A DNA stretch of 64,000 bases from an uncultured Bacilli bacterium (GCA_934096105.1 CAKOLH010000005.1:1094-65093); one strand, 5' to 3'. Positions 17,672 to 27,775 are shown, counted from the stretch's first letter. Notes: generated by a model not told the origin, from the sequence alone. Program-made: numbers and translations.

Positions 17672-19342
17672 GTGAGTTATTTAGCTTTGTATAGAAAATA
17701 TAGACCTGTTGATTTTGATAATGTGTATGGTCAGGAAGAGGTAGTAACTGTTATTAAAAATGCAATTAATAATAATATGGTTTCGCATGCTTATTTGTTC
17801 TGTGGTCCTAGGGGTACTGGTAAAACTACTATTGCTAAGATAATTGCTAGGATGGTTAATTGTGAAAATTTGATTGATGGCAAGCCTTGTGGTAAATGTT
17901 ATAATTGTATTAACTTTCTTAATAGTAATGATATAGTGGAAATTGATGCTGCTTCGAATAATGGTGTTGATGAAATTAGAGAACTTAGGGATAAAATTAA
18001 TCTTGTGCCTAGTAATGCTAAATATAAGGTTTATATTATAGATGAAGTTCATATGCTCACTACTCAAGCTTTTAATGCTCTTTTGAAGACTCTTGAAGAA
18101 CCTCCGGCACATGTTATTTTTATTTTGGCTACTACAGAGCCCCATAAAATTCCACTTACTATCGCTTCAAGATGCCAAAAATTTAGATTTACCAAGATCA
18201 ATTCAAAGAAGATTGTTGATAGATTAAGAGAAATAGCTAAACTTGAAAACATTGCTATTGATGAAGATGCTCTTTATGAAATTGCACGAATTTCTGATGG
18301 CGGAATGAGAGACGCTATTAATTTTTTGGATCAACTTGTTGCCTATGATAATAAAACAATTACCCTTGATGATATCTATAAGGTAAATGGATCAGTTTCT
18401 TATAATGATATTTATTTATTACTCAAATCAATTGTTGACAATGATAAGGTTGAAATTATTAGATTTTTTGATACGTTTGATAGCAGTGGAAAGGATATTA
18501 ATAAATTTGCTTCTGAATTAATATTGTTTTTAAAAGATGTAATTTTATATAATAATGCTAAATTACTATCTGATATTGATATTAAAAATGAAAATATTAT
18601 ACTTGTTAATGATTTGTATGATTCTAAAATTGTTTATGAGTTAATTGAAAAACTTAATGAAATACAAAATTCTCTGAGAACTTCAACGCATGGCTGTATT
18701 TTATTTATGACTGCTATTTTGAAATTTTCCGATAATTATTTTGAGAATTTTATTGATAATAATTTAGAAAAAAAGGTTGTAGATAATACTACTAAAAATG
18801 AAAATAAAATTATTTCCCAGGAAATAATTAAAAAAAATATAAATAAAATTGAAAATAAGAATGAACAAATAAATGATGAGGCAAATATTGAAAATATTAA
18901 CATCAGAATTAATAATGCTTTGGCTACCGCAAATAAGGAAAGCTTAAGTAAAATTAAAGAACAATGGTCTTTAATAGATGAGTATTTATATGATGATGTT
19001 TATTCTGTTGTTGCTGGATTATTAAAGGATTCTATACCTGTGGTAGCTTCTGAAAAATATATTATTGTTTCAAATAGTCTTGAATCTGTAGCCAACCGAA
19101 TTAATGATAATTTTTCTTTGATAGATGAATTTCTTTTGAAAATATTTAAAAATAAAATTTTAATTGTTGGTATGTCTAATGATGATTGGAATGTTGAAAA
19201 AAATAAATATATTTCTAATATTAAAAATGGTATTAAATATATTGAAAAAGATTTTATTAATACTGATAGGGTTAAAAATAAAAAATCTTCTGTTGATGAA
19301 CTTATTGATTTAATGGGAGAAAATATAATAGAATATAAATAA
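17672..19342 (+). CDS. dnaX: DNA polymerase III subunit gamma/tau
   Basis: GPRGTGKTT, a zinc module CGKCYNC, DEVHMLT and SRCQ. GTG start with GGAGG upstream. The C-terminal part is N/K-rich and poorly conserved. Confidence 0.93.
   Translation: MSYLALYRKYRPVDFDNVYGQEEVVTVIKNAINNNMVSHAYLFCGPRGTGKTTIAKIIARMVNCENLIDGKPCGKCYNCINFLNSNDIVEIDAASNNGVDEIRELRDKINLVPSNAKYKVYIIDEVHMLTTQAFNALLKTLEEPPAHVIFILATTEPHKIPLTIASRCQKFRFTKINSKKIVDRLREIAKLENIAIDEDALYEIARISDGGMRDAINFLDQLVAYDNKTITLDDIYKVNGSVSYNDIYLLLKSIVDNDKVEIIRFFDTFDSSGKDINKFASELILFLKDVILYNNAKLLSDIDIKNENIILVNDLYDSKIVYELIEKLNEIQNSLRTSTHGCILFMTAILKFSDNYFENFIDNNLEKKVVDNTTKNENKIISQEIIKKNINKIENKNEQINDEANIENINIRINNALATANKESLSKIKEQWSLIDEYLYDDVYSVVAGLLKDSIPVVASEKYIIVSNSLESVANRINDNFSLIDEFLLKIFKNKILIVGMSNDDWNVEKNKYISNIKNGIKYIEKDFINTDRVKNKKSSVDELIDLMGENIIEYK
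18811..18826. promoter_or_regulatory. Noc-binding-site-like palindrome (NBS4), TATTTCCCAGGAAATA, inside dnaX
   Basis: Matches the consensus at 15 of 16 positions, within aattatttcccaggaaataatt (18808-18829). It encodes KIISQEII in the variable linker of DnaX. Confidence 0.5.
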
Positions 19343-19358
19343 AGGAGATTGATAAAAA

Positions 19359-19655
19359 ATGAATTTACAAAATATGATGATGCAGGCAAGAAAAATGCAA
19401 AAGGATATTGAAAAAACAAAAAGTGAACTTGAAAGTAAGGAATATGAAGGCAATTCTCAATTTGTTACTGCAGTTGTTAGTGGAAATGGAAAACTAAAAT
19501 CTGTTAATATTGATATGGAAGAACTAGCAAGTGATGATAGAGAAATATTAGAAGATATGCTGTTGGTAGCAGTAAATAATGCTATTGATAAGATGGAAAA
19601 AGATAAAGAAGAAAAATTTGGTAAATATGGCCAGATGTTTAATGGTTTGATGTAA
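19359..19655 (+). CDS. ybaB: Nucleoid-associated protein YbaB/EbfC
   Basis: About 100 aa. The N-terminus is MMQARKMQKDIEK and a G.G...V motif is present. Sits in the canonical dnaX-ybaB-recR position. Confidence 0.9.
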   Translation: MNLQNMMMQARKMQKDIEKTKSELESKEYEGNSQFVTAVVSGNGKLKSVNIDMEELASDDREILEDMLLVAVNNAIDKMEKDKEEKFGKYGQMFNGLM

Positions 19656-19656
19656 T

Positions 19657-20250
19657 ATGTATCCTAATAGTGTTAAAAATGTTATTGATTGTTTGAAAGA
19701 TTTACCTGGAATTGGTGAAAAAACTGCTGAAAGGCTTGCTTTTTCTTTAATTAACTTTGATAAGGATAAGCTTACTTTATTTTCTGAATCTATATGTGGT
19801 ATTAGGGATAAACTTACTAATTGTCAAATATGCGGTAATATTTGTGAAGGCAATATTTGCCCCATATGTTTGGATAAGGAAAGAAATAATAATCTTATAT
19901 TTGTTGTTGAAAAGGCTAAAGATATTTCTTTATTTGAAAAAATTAATGTATATAAGGGAAAATATCATGTTCTTGGTGGTTTAATATCTCCGCTTGAGGG
20001 AATTGGACCTGAGGATATTAATATTAATAAATTAATTTCACGAATTGACGATGATAAAGTAAATGAGATTATTCTTGCTTTAAAGCCTTCAATTGAGGGA
20101 GAGACTACTATGCAGTATATTAAAAAACTTCTTGAAAATAAAAGTGTTAAGGTTACTAGAATTGCTACTGGTATTCCAATGGGAACTGATATTGAATATA
20201 TTGACCCTATGACATTGGAGTTTGCTTTGGAGGGCAGAAAAGACATATAA
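19657..20250 (+). CDS. recR: Recombination protein RecR
   Basis: HhH LPGIGEKTAERLAF, a C4 zinc finger (CQICGN...CPIC) and a Toprim domain. Confidence 0.95.
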   Translation: MYPNSVKNVIDCLKDLPGIGEKTAERLAFSLINFDKDKLTLFSESICGIRDKLTNCQICGNICEGNICPICLDKERNNNLIFVVEKAKDISLFEKINVYKGKYHVLGGLISPLEGIGPEDININKLISRIDDDKVNEIILALKPSIEGETTMQYIKKLLENKSVKVTRIATGIPMGTDIEYIDPMTLEFALEGRKDI

Positions 20251-20284
20251 TTTACTTTGTTTCATATAATTTCTTGGGTGAAAT

Positions 20285-20479
20285 ATGTTTATGCTAAAAA
20301 AAATTCTTTTTTTGATAAGAAAATTTATATTTGGTGTACTATTTATTTATGCTTTTAATGTTATTGTTTTTCCTATAAATGCTACAATTTCAATGAATAT
20401 ATTTACTATTTTAATTGTTTCTATTTTTGGATTACCTGGTATTATTGGCGTTTGTTTATTTTCTATTTTTGTTTTGTAA
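20285..20479 (+). CDS. bofA: BofA-family small membrane protein (pro-sigma-K processing inhibitor-like)
   Basis: Two TM helices and a PIN..T....I..IFGLPGI motif like B. subtilis BofA. Same position downstream of recR as in B. subtilis. Confidence 0.6.
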   Translation: MFMLKKILFLIRKFIFGVLFIYAFNVIVFPINATISMNIFTILIVSIFGLPGIIGVCLFSIFVL

Positions 20480-20492
20480 GGAGAGTAATATT

Positions 20493-21440
20493 ATGTTAGA
20501 TAATTATAAGTATGAACAACCTATATTGTATAATATTTTAAATAATTCTATTATTAATAATAAGTTATCTCATGCTTATTTATTTGATTCTAATGGTAAT
20601 AGCGATGTCTATGATATAGTTTTATCTTTTACTAAAATGATTATTACTTCTAATATTACAGATGAAAATGAAAAAAATAATATTTGCATGCGAATTGATG
20701 ATGGAAATTATGTTGATGTTAAGATTATTGAACCTGATGGTATGTGGATAAAAAAAGATCAACTTTTGGATTTACAAAGTGAATTTAGTAAGAAATCTAT
20801 TGAAGGCAGTAAAAAGGTTTATATTATTAAGTCTGCAGATAAAATGAATATTCAAACTGCTAATTCTATACTTAAGTTTTTAGAGGAGCCTATTGATGAG
20901 ATAATTGCTATATTAATTGTTGATAATATTAACTTGATGTTACCTACGATTATATCTAGGTGTCAGGTTATTAAATTAAATAAAAAAACTTTGTCTTCAA
21001 ATAGTATTGATAATTTTTCGGCATATTTTTATCAATCCAGATATGCTTTACTTACTGAAAATGAAAAAAGAGAATTAATTGAATCTGTAATTAATTTCAT
21101 TTATTATATAGAGAATAATGGTATTGATACTCTTATTTATACAAAAAAAATGTGGCATAGCATTTTTAAAGATAGAGATTTGTGTATATTGGCAGTTAAT
21201 CTTTGTATTTATTTTTATTATGATGTTATTAAATATAAATGTGATTTAAATAATTATTTTTATGGGGACAAGCTATCTAAAATTAGTTTTGTTTCTGAAA
21301 ATAACGATTATGAAAAGCTAATTAAAAAAATTCAAATATTAGATAGAACAGAAAATTATTTAAAAAGAAATTTAAATATAAATTTACTTATTGATAAAAT
21401 GATTATAGATATGTGTGGTGATGATTATGAAAATAGCTAG
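20493..21440 (+). CDS. holB: DNA polymerase III subunit delta prime
   Basis: LSHAYLF, the clamp-loader AAA+ fold, and SRCQ. The start was moved to ATG 20493, behind AAGGAGAG. The ORF-track start at 20415 overlaps bofA. Confidence 0.85.
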   Translation: MLDNYKYEQPILYNILNNSIINNKLSHAYLFDSNGNSDVYDIVLSFTKMIITSNITDENEKNNICMRIDDGNYVDVKIIEPDGMWIKKDQLLDLQSEFSKKSIEGSKKVYIIKSADKMNIQTANSILKFLEEPIDEIIAILIVDNINLMLPTIISRCQVIKLNKKTLSSNSIDNFSAYFYQSRYALLTENEKRELIESVINFIYYIENNGIDTLIYTKKMWHSIFKDRDLCILAVNLCIYFYYDVIKYKCDLNNYFYGDKLSKISFVSENNDYEKLIKKIQILDRTENYLKRNLNINLLIDKMIIDMCGDDYENS

Positions 21441-22200
21441 TGTTAAAATTAATAATTTTGCTAAAACTTTATATTATGATTGTAATAATCTTAATTTAAA
21501 GAAAAATTTGACTGTAATTGTTAATACAGAAAGAGGACTTGAATTTGGTACTGTTGTTGATTTTCTTGATGTTGATGATGGTAATTATGAAAAAGTTGTT
21601 AGAATTGCTACTAAAAAGGATTATTTGCAACATTTGAAAAATATTAATGAAGCTAAACTAGCACTTGATAAATGCCGTGAACTTGCTGAAAAAAATGGTT
21701 TGAAAATGGTTATTATAGATGCAACTTATAATTTTGATAAAAGTCAACTTTTGTTTAGATTTTTAGCAGATGAAAGAATTGATTTTAGGAATTTAGCTAG
21801 GGAGTTGGGTTCTAGGCTTAAAACTAGAATTGAACTAAGACAGATAGGAATTAGGGATAAAGCAAAGGAGATTGGCGGCATTGGTCCTTGTGGAAGACAT
21901 TTATGTTGTAGTACTTTTCTTACTAGTTTTGATGCGGTATCAATTAGTATGGCTAAAAATCAAGGCCTTGCTTTAAATCCTACAAAAATTAATGGTGTTT
22001 GTGGAAGGCTCCTTTGTTGTTTAAACTATGAAAATGAGCTGTATACTGAACTAAAAAAAGATGTTTTAGATGTTGGCAAAAAAACGTTTATTAATGGTAA
22101 GGAAGGAAAAGTTATTTCATCTGAACCTTTGTTAGGTAAATATAAGGTACTTATTGATGATGAAATAATTGAGATTGATGTAAATGATAGTAAAAAATAA
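21427..22200 (+). CDS. ricT: PSP1-domain protein RicT/YaaT
   Basis: PSP1 C-terminal domain with the Cys cluster GPCGRHLCCSTFL...CGRLLCCLNYE. Follows holB as in B. subtilis. The start is uncertain (21415, 21421 or 21427). Confidence 0.85.
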   Translation: MKIASVKINNFAKTLYYDCNNLNLKKNLTVIVNTERGLEFGTVVDFLDVDDGNYEKVVRIATKKDYLQHLKNINEAKLALDKCRELAEKNGLKMVIIDATYNFDKSQLLFRFLADERIDFRNLARELGSRLKTRIELRQIGIRDKAKEIGGIGPCGRHLCCSTFLTSFDAVSISMAKNQGLALNPTKINGVCGRLLCCLNYENELYTELKKDVLDVGKKTFINGKEGKVISSEPLLGKYKVLIDDEIIEIDVNDSKK

Positions 22201-22906
22201 TTTATTAAATTATAGTAACGCCTATATTTATCAGGATACAGAATATTTTAAAATGTCTCTTGATAGTCTTTTACTTGCAAAATTTGTAACTATTAATATG
22301 CGTGATAAAAATATAATTGATTTGGCTACTGGTAACGCCCCAATACCAATGCTTTTAACTTATAGAACTAAAGCTCATATATGTGGCGTTGAAATACAAA
22401 AAGAGATATACAATCTTGCTATTTTATCTATTAAAGAAAATAAAATGACACAACAAATTAGTTTAATAAACGATGATGTTAATAACATTACTGATTATTT
22501 TAAACCTGATACATTTGATGTTGTTACTTGTAATCCACCTTATTTTAAAACTAATAACATTTTATTTGAAAATAATAATATTATTAAAGCATCTGCAAGA
22601 CATGAAAAACTATTAACTTTAGAGGATGTTTTAAGAGTTAGTAAATATCTTTTGAAAAATAATGGTAGACTTGCTATGGTTCATAGGACTGAAAGATTAA
22701 TGGAAATTCTATCTCTTATGAAAAAGTATAACATTGAACCTAAAAAGATTAGATTTGTTTATCCTGATAATGCGAAAAATAGTGATTTGGTTTTAATTGA
22801 AGGTACTTTAAATGGTAAAAGTGGTGTTAAAATTATGAATCCTTTGTTTGTTTATGATAAAAAAGATGTTTATTCTAAAGAAGTAAAGGATATGTTTGGA
22901 GAGTGA
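22184..22906 (+). CDS. SAM-dependent methyltransferase, YabB / tRNA1(Val) m6A37 (TrmN6)-like
   Basis: SAM-binding DLATGNA and catalytic NPPYF. Syntenic with B. subtilis yabB. Confidence 0.8.
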   Translation: MIVKNNLLNYSNAYIYQDTEYFKMSLDSLLLAKFVTINMRDKNIIDLATGNAPIPMLLTYRTKAHICGVEIQKEIYNLAILSIKENKMTQQISLINDDVNNITDYFKPDTFDVVTCNPPYFKTNNILFENNNIIKASARHEKLLTLEDVLRVSKYLLKNNGRLAMVHRTERLMEILSLMKKYNIEPKKIRFVYPDNAKNSDLVLIEGTLNGKSGVKIMNPLFVYDKKDVYSKEVKDMFGE

Positions 22907-22911
22907 GTTTT

Positions 22912-23751
22912 ATGATACAAAATAGTTATGATGAAAATCCAACTTTATATTTGATATCTACTCCTATTGGAAATTTAGAGGATATGACTTATAGGAGTGT
23001 TAAAATATTAGAAGAAGTTAGTGCTGTTTTTTCAGAAGATACAAGAGTAACTCTTAATTTACTTACTCATTATGGTATTAGTAAGAAATTGATAGCTCTT
23101 CATGAACATAATGAAGATACTGCTAAAGAGAAGGTACTCGAACATCTTAAAAATGGCGATAATGTTGCTTTGGTTACTGATAGAGGTACTCCAATAATTA
23201 GTGATCCTGGATATAAAACGGTAAAATATGTTAGTGATAATGGTTATAATGTTGTTGCACTTCCTGGGGCTACTGCATTTGTTCCAGCACTTATTACTTC
23301 TGGTATTGCACCACAACCATTTTTATTTTATGGATTTCTTGATAGCAAGGATAGTATTAGAAAAAAAGAATTAGAGTTTTTATCAGATGAAGAAGAAACT
23401 ATGATTTTTTATGAGGCACCTCATAGAATTATGAAAACTTTGAATATGATGCTTAATATATTTGGTGATAGAGATATTAGTATATCTAGAGAAATTACTA
23501 AAAAGTTTGAAACTATTTATCGTGGAAAAATTAGTAATGTAATTAATCTTGTTCCTGAAAAAGGGGAGTTTGTTATTGTTGTTAGCGGTATGAAAGAAAG
23601 AAAAACAGATGATACTATTAGTGTTCGCGATGCTGTAAATAATTATATTAGTGCTGGATTTGATGTAATGACTTCAATTAAAAAAGTTGCTAAAGATAGA
23701 GGACTTGCTAAAAATGTTATTTATAAAGAGTATCATCGGGAGGATAAATAA
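22912..23751 (+). CDS. rsmI: 16S rRNA (cytidine1402-2'-O)-methyltransferase RsmI
   Basis: Tetrapyrrole-methylase fold: LYLISTPIGNLEDMT, EDTR and SDPG. ATG 22912 is preferred over GTG 22903 on RBS spacing. Confidence 0.9.
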   Translation: MIQNSYDENPTLYLISTPIGNLEDMTYRSVKILEEVSAVFSEDTRVTLNLLTHYGISKKLIALHEHNEDTAKEKVLEHLKNGDNVALVTDRGTPIISDPGYKTVKYVSDNGYNVVALPGATAFVPALITSGIAPQPFLFYGFLDSKDSIRKKELEFLSDEEETMIFYEAPHRIMKTLNMMLNIFGDRDISISREITKKFETIYRGKISNVINLVPEKGEFVIVVSGMKERKTDDTISVRDAVNNYISAGFDVMTSIKKVAKDRGLAKNVIYKEYHREDK

Positions 23752-24320
23752 TGAAGTTAATTGTGGGACTAGGTAATCCTGGAAAGGAATACGATAAGAC
23801 TAGACATAACATTGGGTTTAATGTTCTTGATTTATTAGCGAATAAGTATAATATTACATTTAGTGAAAATAAGAAATTTAATGCTCTTGAGGCTAGTTTT
23901 AATTTGATGGGAGAAAAAATTATTTTGGTAAAGCCACTTACTTTTATGAATTTATCTGGTGATAGTGTAATTAAGTATATGAATTATTATGATATTAAAA
24001 TTAATGATCTTTTGGTTATTCATGATGATTTAGATATGGAACTTGGTAAAATTAGAATTGTTTTTGATAGTTCTAGTGGTGGCCATAATGGAATTAAAAG
24101 TATCATTAATAATTTGAATAGTCAGAAATTTACTAGATTAAAAATTGGTATTTCTCATAATAAAAATATTGATACTAAGGATTATGTACTTGGTAAATTT
24201 AAAGATGATGATTGGAAAATTTTAACTGATTCCTATGATAAGGTACTTGATATAGTGGAAAATTTTATTAGTAAAGATACTAATACTTTAAAACAAATTT
24301 ATAGTAATAAAAATAATTAG
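23751..24320 (+). CDS. pth: Peptidyl-tRNA hydrolase
   Basis: MKLIVGLGNPG..Y..TRHNIGF and GGHNG motifs. Confidence 0.95.
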   Translation: MKLIVGLGNPGKEYDKTRHNIGFNVLDLLANKYNITFSENKKFNALEASFNLMGEKIILVKPLTFMNLSGDSVIKYMNYYDIKINDLLVIHDDLDMELGKIRIVFDSSSGGHNGIKSIINNLNSQKFTRLKIGISHNKNIDTKDYVLGKFKDDDWKILTDSYDKVLDIVENFISKDTNTLKQIYSNKNN

Positions 24321-24374
24321 ATATAAAATGAGATACAATATTTTTGTATCTTTTAGTATTGGAGGTGAGAATAT

Positions 24375-27300
24375 ATGAAGTTTTTTGATAATTTATTTGA
24401 TGTTAATAATAGAGATGAACAACTAGTTACTGGTTTAAATAAAGAACTTAATAGTGTTTATACTTATGACTATTTTAACAAATATAATAATAATATTTTA
24501 CTTGTTACTAATTCTTTATATGAGGCTAATGATTTATATAATAGATTATCTAATTATACTGATAGAGTATTATTTTTTCCTATGGATGACTTTATGACTA
24601 GTGAGGCTTCGATTATCAGTCCTGAACTTATGATTGAAAGATTAAATACTTTGAATAAACTTGTTAATAATGATAGGTATATTGTTGTAACTAATTTGAT
24701 GGGCTTACTTAGATATCTTCCTAATAGGTCTTTATATAAGGGTAAAATTATTAATTTGAACGTTAATGAAGATGTAAATAGGGAAGTGTTAATTAACAAT
24801 TTAATTGACTTAGGTTATGATAGAGTACCACTTGTTACTAAAACTGGTGAGGTGGCTATTAGAGGATATGTAATTGATATATTTCCTATGGAAACTGATA
24901 GTCCTATTAGAATAGAGTTTTGGGGAGATACTATTGATAGTATTAAATATTTTGATTTGGATAGTCAGATTTCTAGTGATAGTATTAATACTATTTCTAT
25001 ATATCCTTTTACGGAATTTTTACTTGATAACAAGTTAGATGTTGACAGTAAAATGCGTAAGCAGAAATATTTATCACATTATTCTAAAGATATTCAAGGT
25101 ATATGGAATTATTTAGATAACTGTACTCTTATATATTATGATTATAACCAAATTATATCGGCTTATAGATTACTTAGAGAGAGTATTATTAATTATGATA
25201 AAGAAATAAAAGATTCTATTAAAACTGATTATATGTTTGATATTTCTGATGTTAAATATAATAATATTATTTATATGTTAGAGTTTGATAATATTCTTGA
25301 TTTAAATATTAAATGTAAAAATAATTATTTATCTAATAACATTGATAATTATCATGGTGATTTTGAAAAGATTAAAACAAGTCTTTTTAAATATATAACT
25401 GGTGGTAAGACTGTTATTATGTGTATCGATAATAAAGACGTTGCTAAGAGAGTTATCACTTATTTAGATATTATGGATGATGTTGTGCTAACTAGAGAGA
25501 ATGAAATTATTAAGAATAAGATTAATATTATTAATAAATATATTATAAGTGGATTTATATATGATAATTATGTTGTTATTTCTTCAAATGATTTATTTGG
25601 CAAGATAGAAGAAAAGAAGAAAGTTAAAAATAAGTATAAAGTTGGTACTAAGATTAGTAATATTAATAACTTAGAGAAGGGTGATTATATTGTTCATATT
25701 GATCATGGTATTGGACAATATGTTGAATTATGTACTTTATCTAAGAATGGTTTGAAAAAGGATTATATTAAACTTTTATATGCTGATGGTGATGTTTTAT
25801 ATTTACCAGTAGAAAAGATTGATAAAATTACTAAGTTTACTGGTAGAGAAGGGGCTATTGTAAGACTTGATAAGTTGGGTACTGATTCTTGGAATAAGAA
25901 GAAGGCTAGGGTTAGAAGTAAACTAGAGAATATAGCGGGTGATTTAATTAGAGTGTCTGCTGAAAGAGAAAATTCTAAAGGTTTTGCTTTTAGTCCTGAT
26001 GATGAAGAACAAATATTATTTGAAAGTAAGTTTAAATATACTGCTACTGCTGATCAGGAAAGGGCTATAGGAATTATTAAACATGAAATGGAAAAGGATA
26101 AACCTATGGATATGCTTTTATGTGGTGATGTTGGATATGGTAAAACAGAGGTAGCTTTTAGGGCAATATTTAAGGCTGTTAATGATGGTAAACAAGTTGC
26201 TTATTTATGTCCTACAACTATTCTTTCTAGTCAGCAATATAATTCTGCATTAGACAGGTTTGCTGATTTTCCAATTAATATTGCATTACTTAATAGATTT
26301 ACTTCTGTTAAAGAGCAAAATGCTATTTTTAAGAACTTAAAGGAAGGTAAAATTGATATTTTATTTGGTACACATAAACTTCTTAATGATAAAGTGGATT
26401 TTAAAGACTTGGGATTACTTATTATTGATGAAGAACAGAGATTTGGTGTTGTACATAAAGAGAAAGTTAAGAAATATAAGAGTAGTATTGATGTTTTAAC
26501 TCTTAGTGCTACTCCTATTCCTAGAACTCTTCAAATGTCTATGTCTGGTATTAGAGGACTTGCTCTTATTGAGACTCCTCCAGAGAAGCGAAGACCAATA
26601 CAGACTTATGTAATGCCTGAGAGTGTAAATATTATTAAAGATGCTATTTATAAAGAATTATCTAGAAATGGTCAAGTGTTTATGCTTTATAATAGTGTTG
26701 AAAAAATAGATAGTAAACTTGAAGAGATACATAAATTGGTACCAGAGGCTAATATTAGATATGCTCATGGTAGAATGACTAAGGTTGAACTTGAGAATAT
26801 TATGATTGACTTTACTAATCATAAGTTTGATATATTACTTTGTACAACAATTATTGAAACTGGTATTGATATTCCTAATGTTAATACTTTGATTGTTTTG
26901 GATGCTGATAATTTTGGTTTATCACAGTTATATCAAATTAGAGGTAGAATTGGTCGTAGTGATAGAATTGGCTATGCTTATCTTATGTATAATGGTAAAA
27001 AAGAACTTAATGATTTAGCAGTTAAAAGACTTAATACTATAAAAGAGTTTACTGAACTTGGTAGTGGTTTTAAGATAGCTATGAGAGATTTATCTATTAG
27101 AGGAGCAGGAGATATTCTTGGTAGTGAACAATCTGGTTTTATTGATAGTATTGGTATTGATTTGTATTTGAAGATGTTAAAAGAAGAAGTAGATAAACTT
27201 AAAGGTATTAAGATAGAAGGAGAAAAAGATGAAAGTTCTAAACCTCTTATTGAGGTTGAAACGCATATTTCTAATGAATATGCTCCTGATGATGAAATTA

Positions 27301-27692
27301 AACTTGAAGTTCATAAATTAATTAATAATATTAATTCTGAGGAAGACATTGATAATTTGTGTACAGTACTTAGAGATAGATTTGGTAAAGTTACTGATGA
27401 AATGATTATTTATATGCATGAAGAATTGTTTGAGAAACAGGCTAAGTCTCTTAATATTAAGGAAACTAAGCAAACTAAGAATTATGTTGAGATAGTTCTT
27501 CCACAGTATTTGTCTAAGCAAATTGATGGAGAAAAGTTATTTTTTACGGCATATGAGATATCTAAATATTTTAGATTTTCTTATAGTAATAATCAGATTC
27601 ATATTTACTTAGATACTATTAAGTTAGATAAACATTTTGTTTATTATTTGAATGATTTACTTAATATTATTATTAAAGATATTAAGAAATAA
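24375..27692 (+). CDS. mfd: Transcription-repair coupling factor Mfd
   Basis: CarD-like RID domain (GDYIVHIDHGIGQY), SF2 helicase motifs (GDVGYGKTEVA, DEEQRFG) and a TRG motif region. Confidence 0.95.
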   Translation: MKFFDNLFDVNNRDEQLVTGLNKELNSVYTYDYFNKYNNNILLVTNSLYEANDLYNRLSNYTDRVLFFPMDDFMTSEASIISPELMIERLNTLNKLVNNDRYIVVTNLMGLLRYLPNRSLYKGKIINLNVNEDVNREVLINNLIDLGYDRVPLVTKTGEVAIRGYVIDIFPMETDSPIRIEFWGDTIDSIKYFDLDSQISSDSINTISIYPFTEFLLDNKLDVDSKMRKQKYLSHYSKDIQGIWNYLDNCTLIYYDYNQIISAYRLLRESIINYDKEIKDSIKTDYMFDISDVKYNNIIYMLEFDNILDLNIKCKNNYLSNNIDNYHGDFEKIKTSLFKYITGGKTVIMCIDNKDVAKRVITYLDIMDDVVLTRENEIIKNKINIINKYIISGFIYDNYVVISSNDLFGKIEEKKKVKNKYKVGTKISNINNLEKGDYIVHIDHGIGQYVELCTLSKNGLKKDYIKLLYADGDVLYLPVEKIDKITKFTGREGAIVRLDKLGTDSWNKKKARVRSKLENIAGDLIRVSAERENSKGFAFSPDDEEQILFESKFKYTATADQERAIGIIKHEMEKDKPMDMLLCGDVGYGKTEVAFRAIFKAVNDGKQVAYLCPTTILSSQQYNSALDRFADFPINIALLNRFTSVKEQNAIFKNLKEGKIDILFGTHKLLNDKVDFKDLGLLIIDEEQRFGVVHKEKVKKYKSSIDVLTLSATPIPRTLQMSMSGIRGLALIETPPEKRRPIQTYVMPESVNIIKDAIYKELSRNGQVFMLYNSVEKIDSKLEEIHKLVPEANIRYAHGRMTKVELENIMIDFTNHKFDILLCTTIIETGIDIPNVNTLIVLDADNFGLSQLYQIRGRIGRSDRIGYAYLMYNGKKELNDLAVKRLNTIKEFTELGSGFKIAMRDLSIRGAGDILGSEQSGFIDSIGIDLYLKMLKEEVDKLKGIKIEGEKDESSKPLIEVETHISNEYAPDDEIKLEVHKLINNINSEEDIDNLCTVLRDRFGKVTDEMIIYMHEELFEKQAKSLNIKETKQTKNYVEIVLPQYLSKQIDGEKLFFTAYEISKYFRFSYSNNQIHIYLDTIKLDKHFVYYLNDLLNIIIKDIKK

Positions 27693-27775
27693 AGTTAAAT
27701 ATTTTATTTCTTTTTGTTTACTTGTATAATTATTTATTTATTTGACAAAATATTAAAGAAGGTATAGGTGAATAT

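Noticed and set aside
18765-18790. The A-run (gaaaaaaagg) in dnaX could be a gamma-subunit -1 frameshift site, as in E. coli.
   Set aside because: There is no downstream stem-loop, and no immediate stop in the -1 frame that I could verify. The E. coli mechanism is not general in Bacillota, and A-runs are ubiquitous in this genome.
20415-20492. Long N-terminal extensions proposed by the ORF track. These are holB from 20415, metG from 29213, tatD from 31124, the M23 protein from 33700, dusB from 36514, the transporter from 39695, clpC from 41388, the polymerase from 60595 and the XRE gene up to 56954.
   Set aside because: The extensions overlap upstream genes or encode hydrophobic or low-complexity read-through. 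Internal ATGs with well-spaced RBS motifs align with the conserved N-termini of the respective families.
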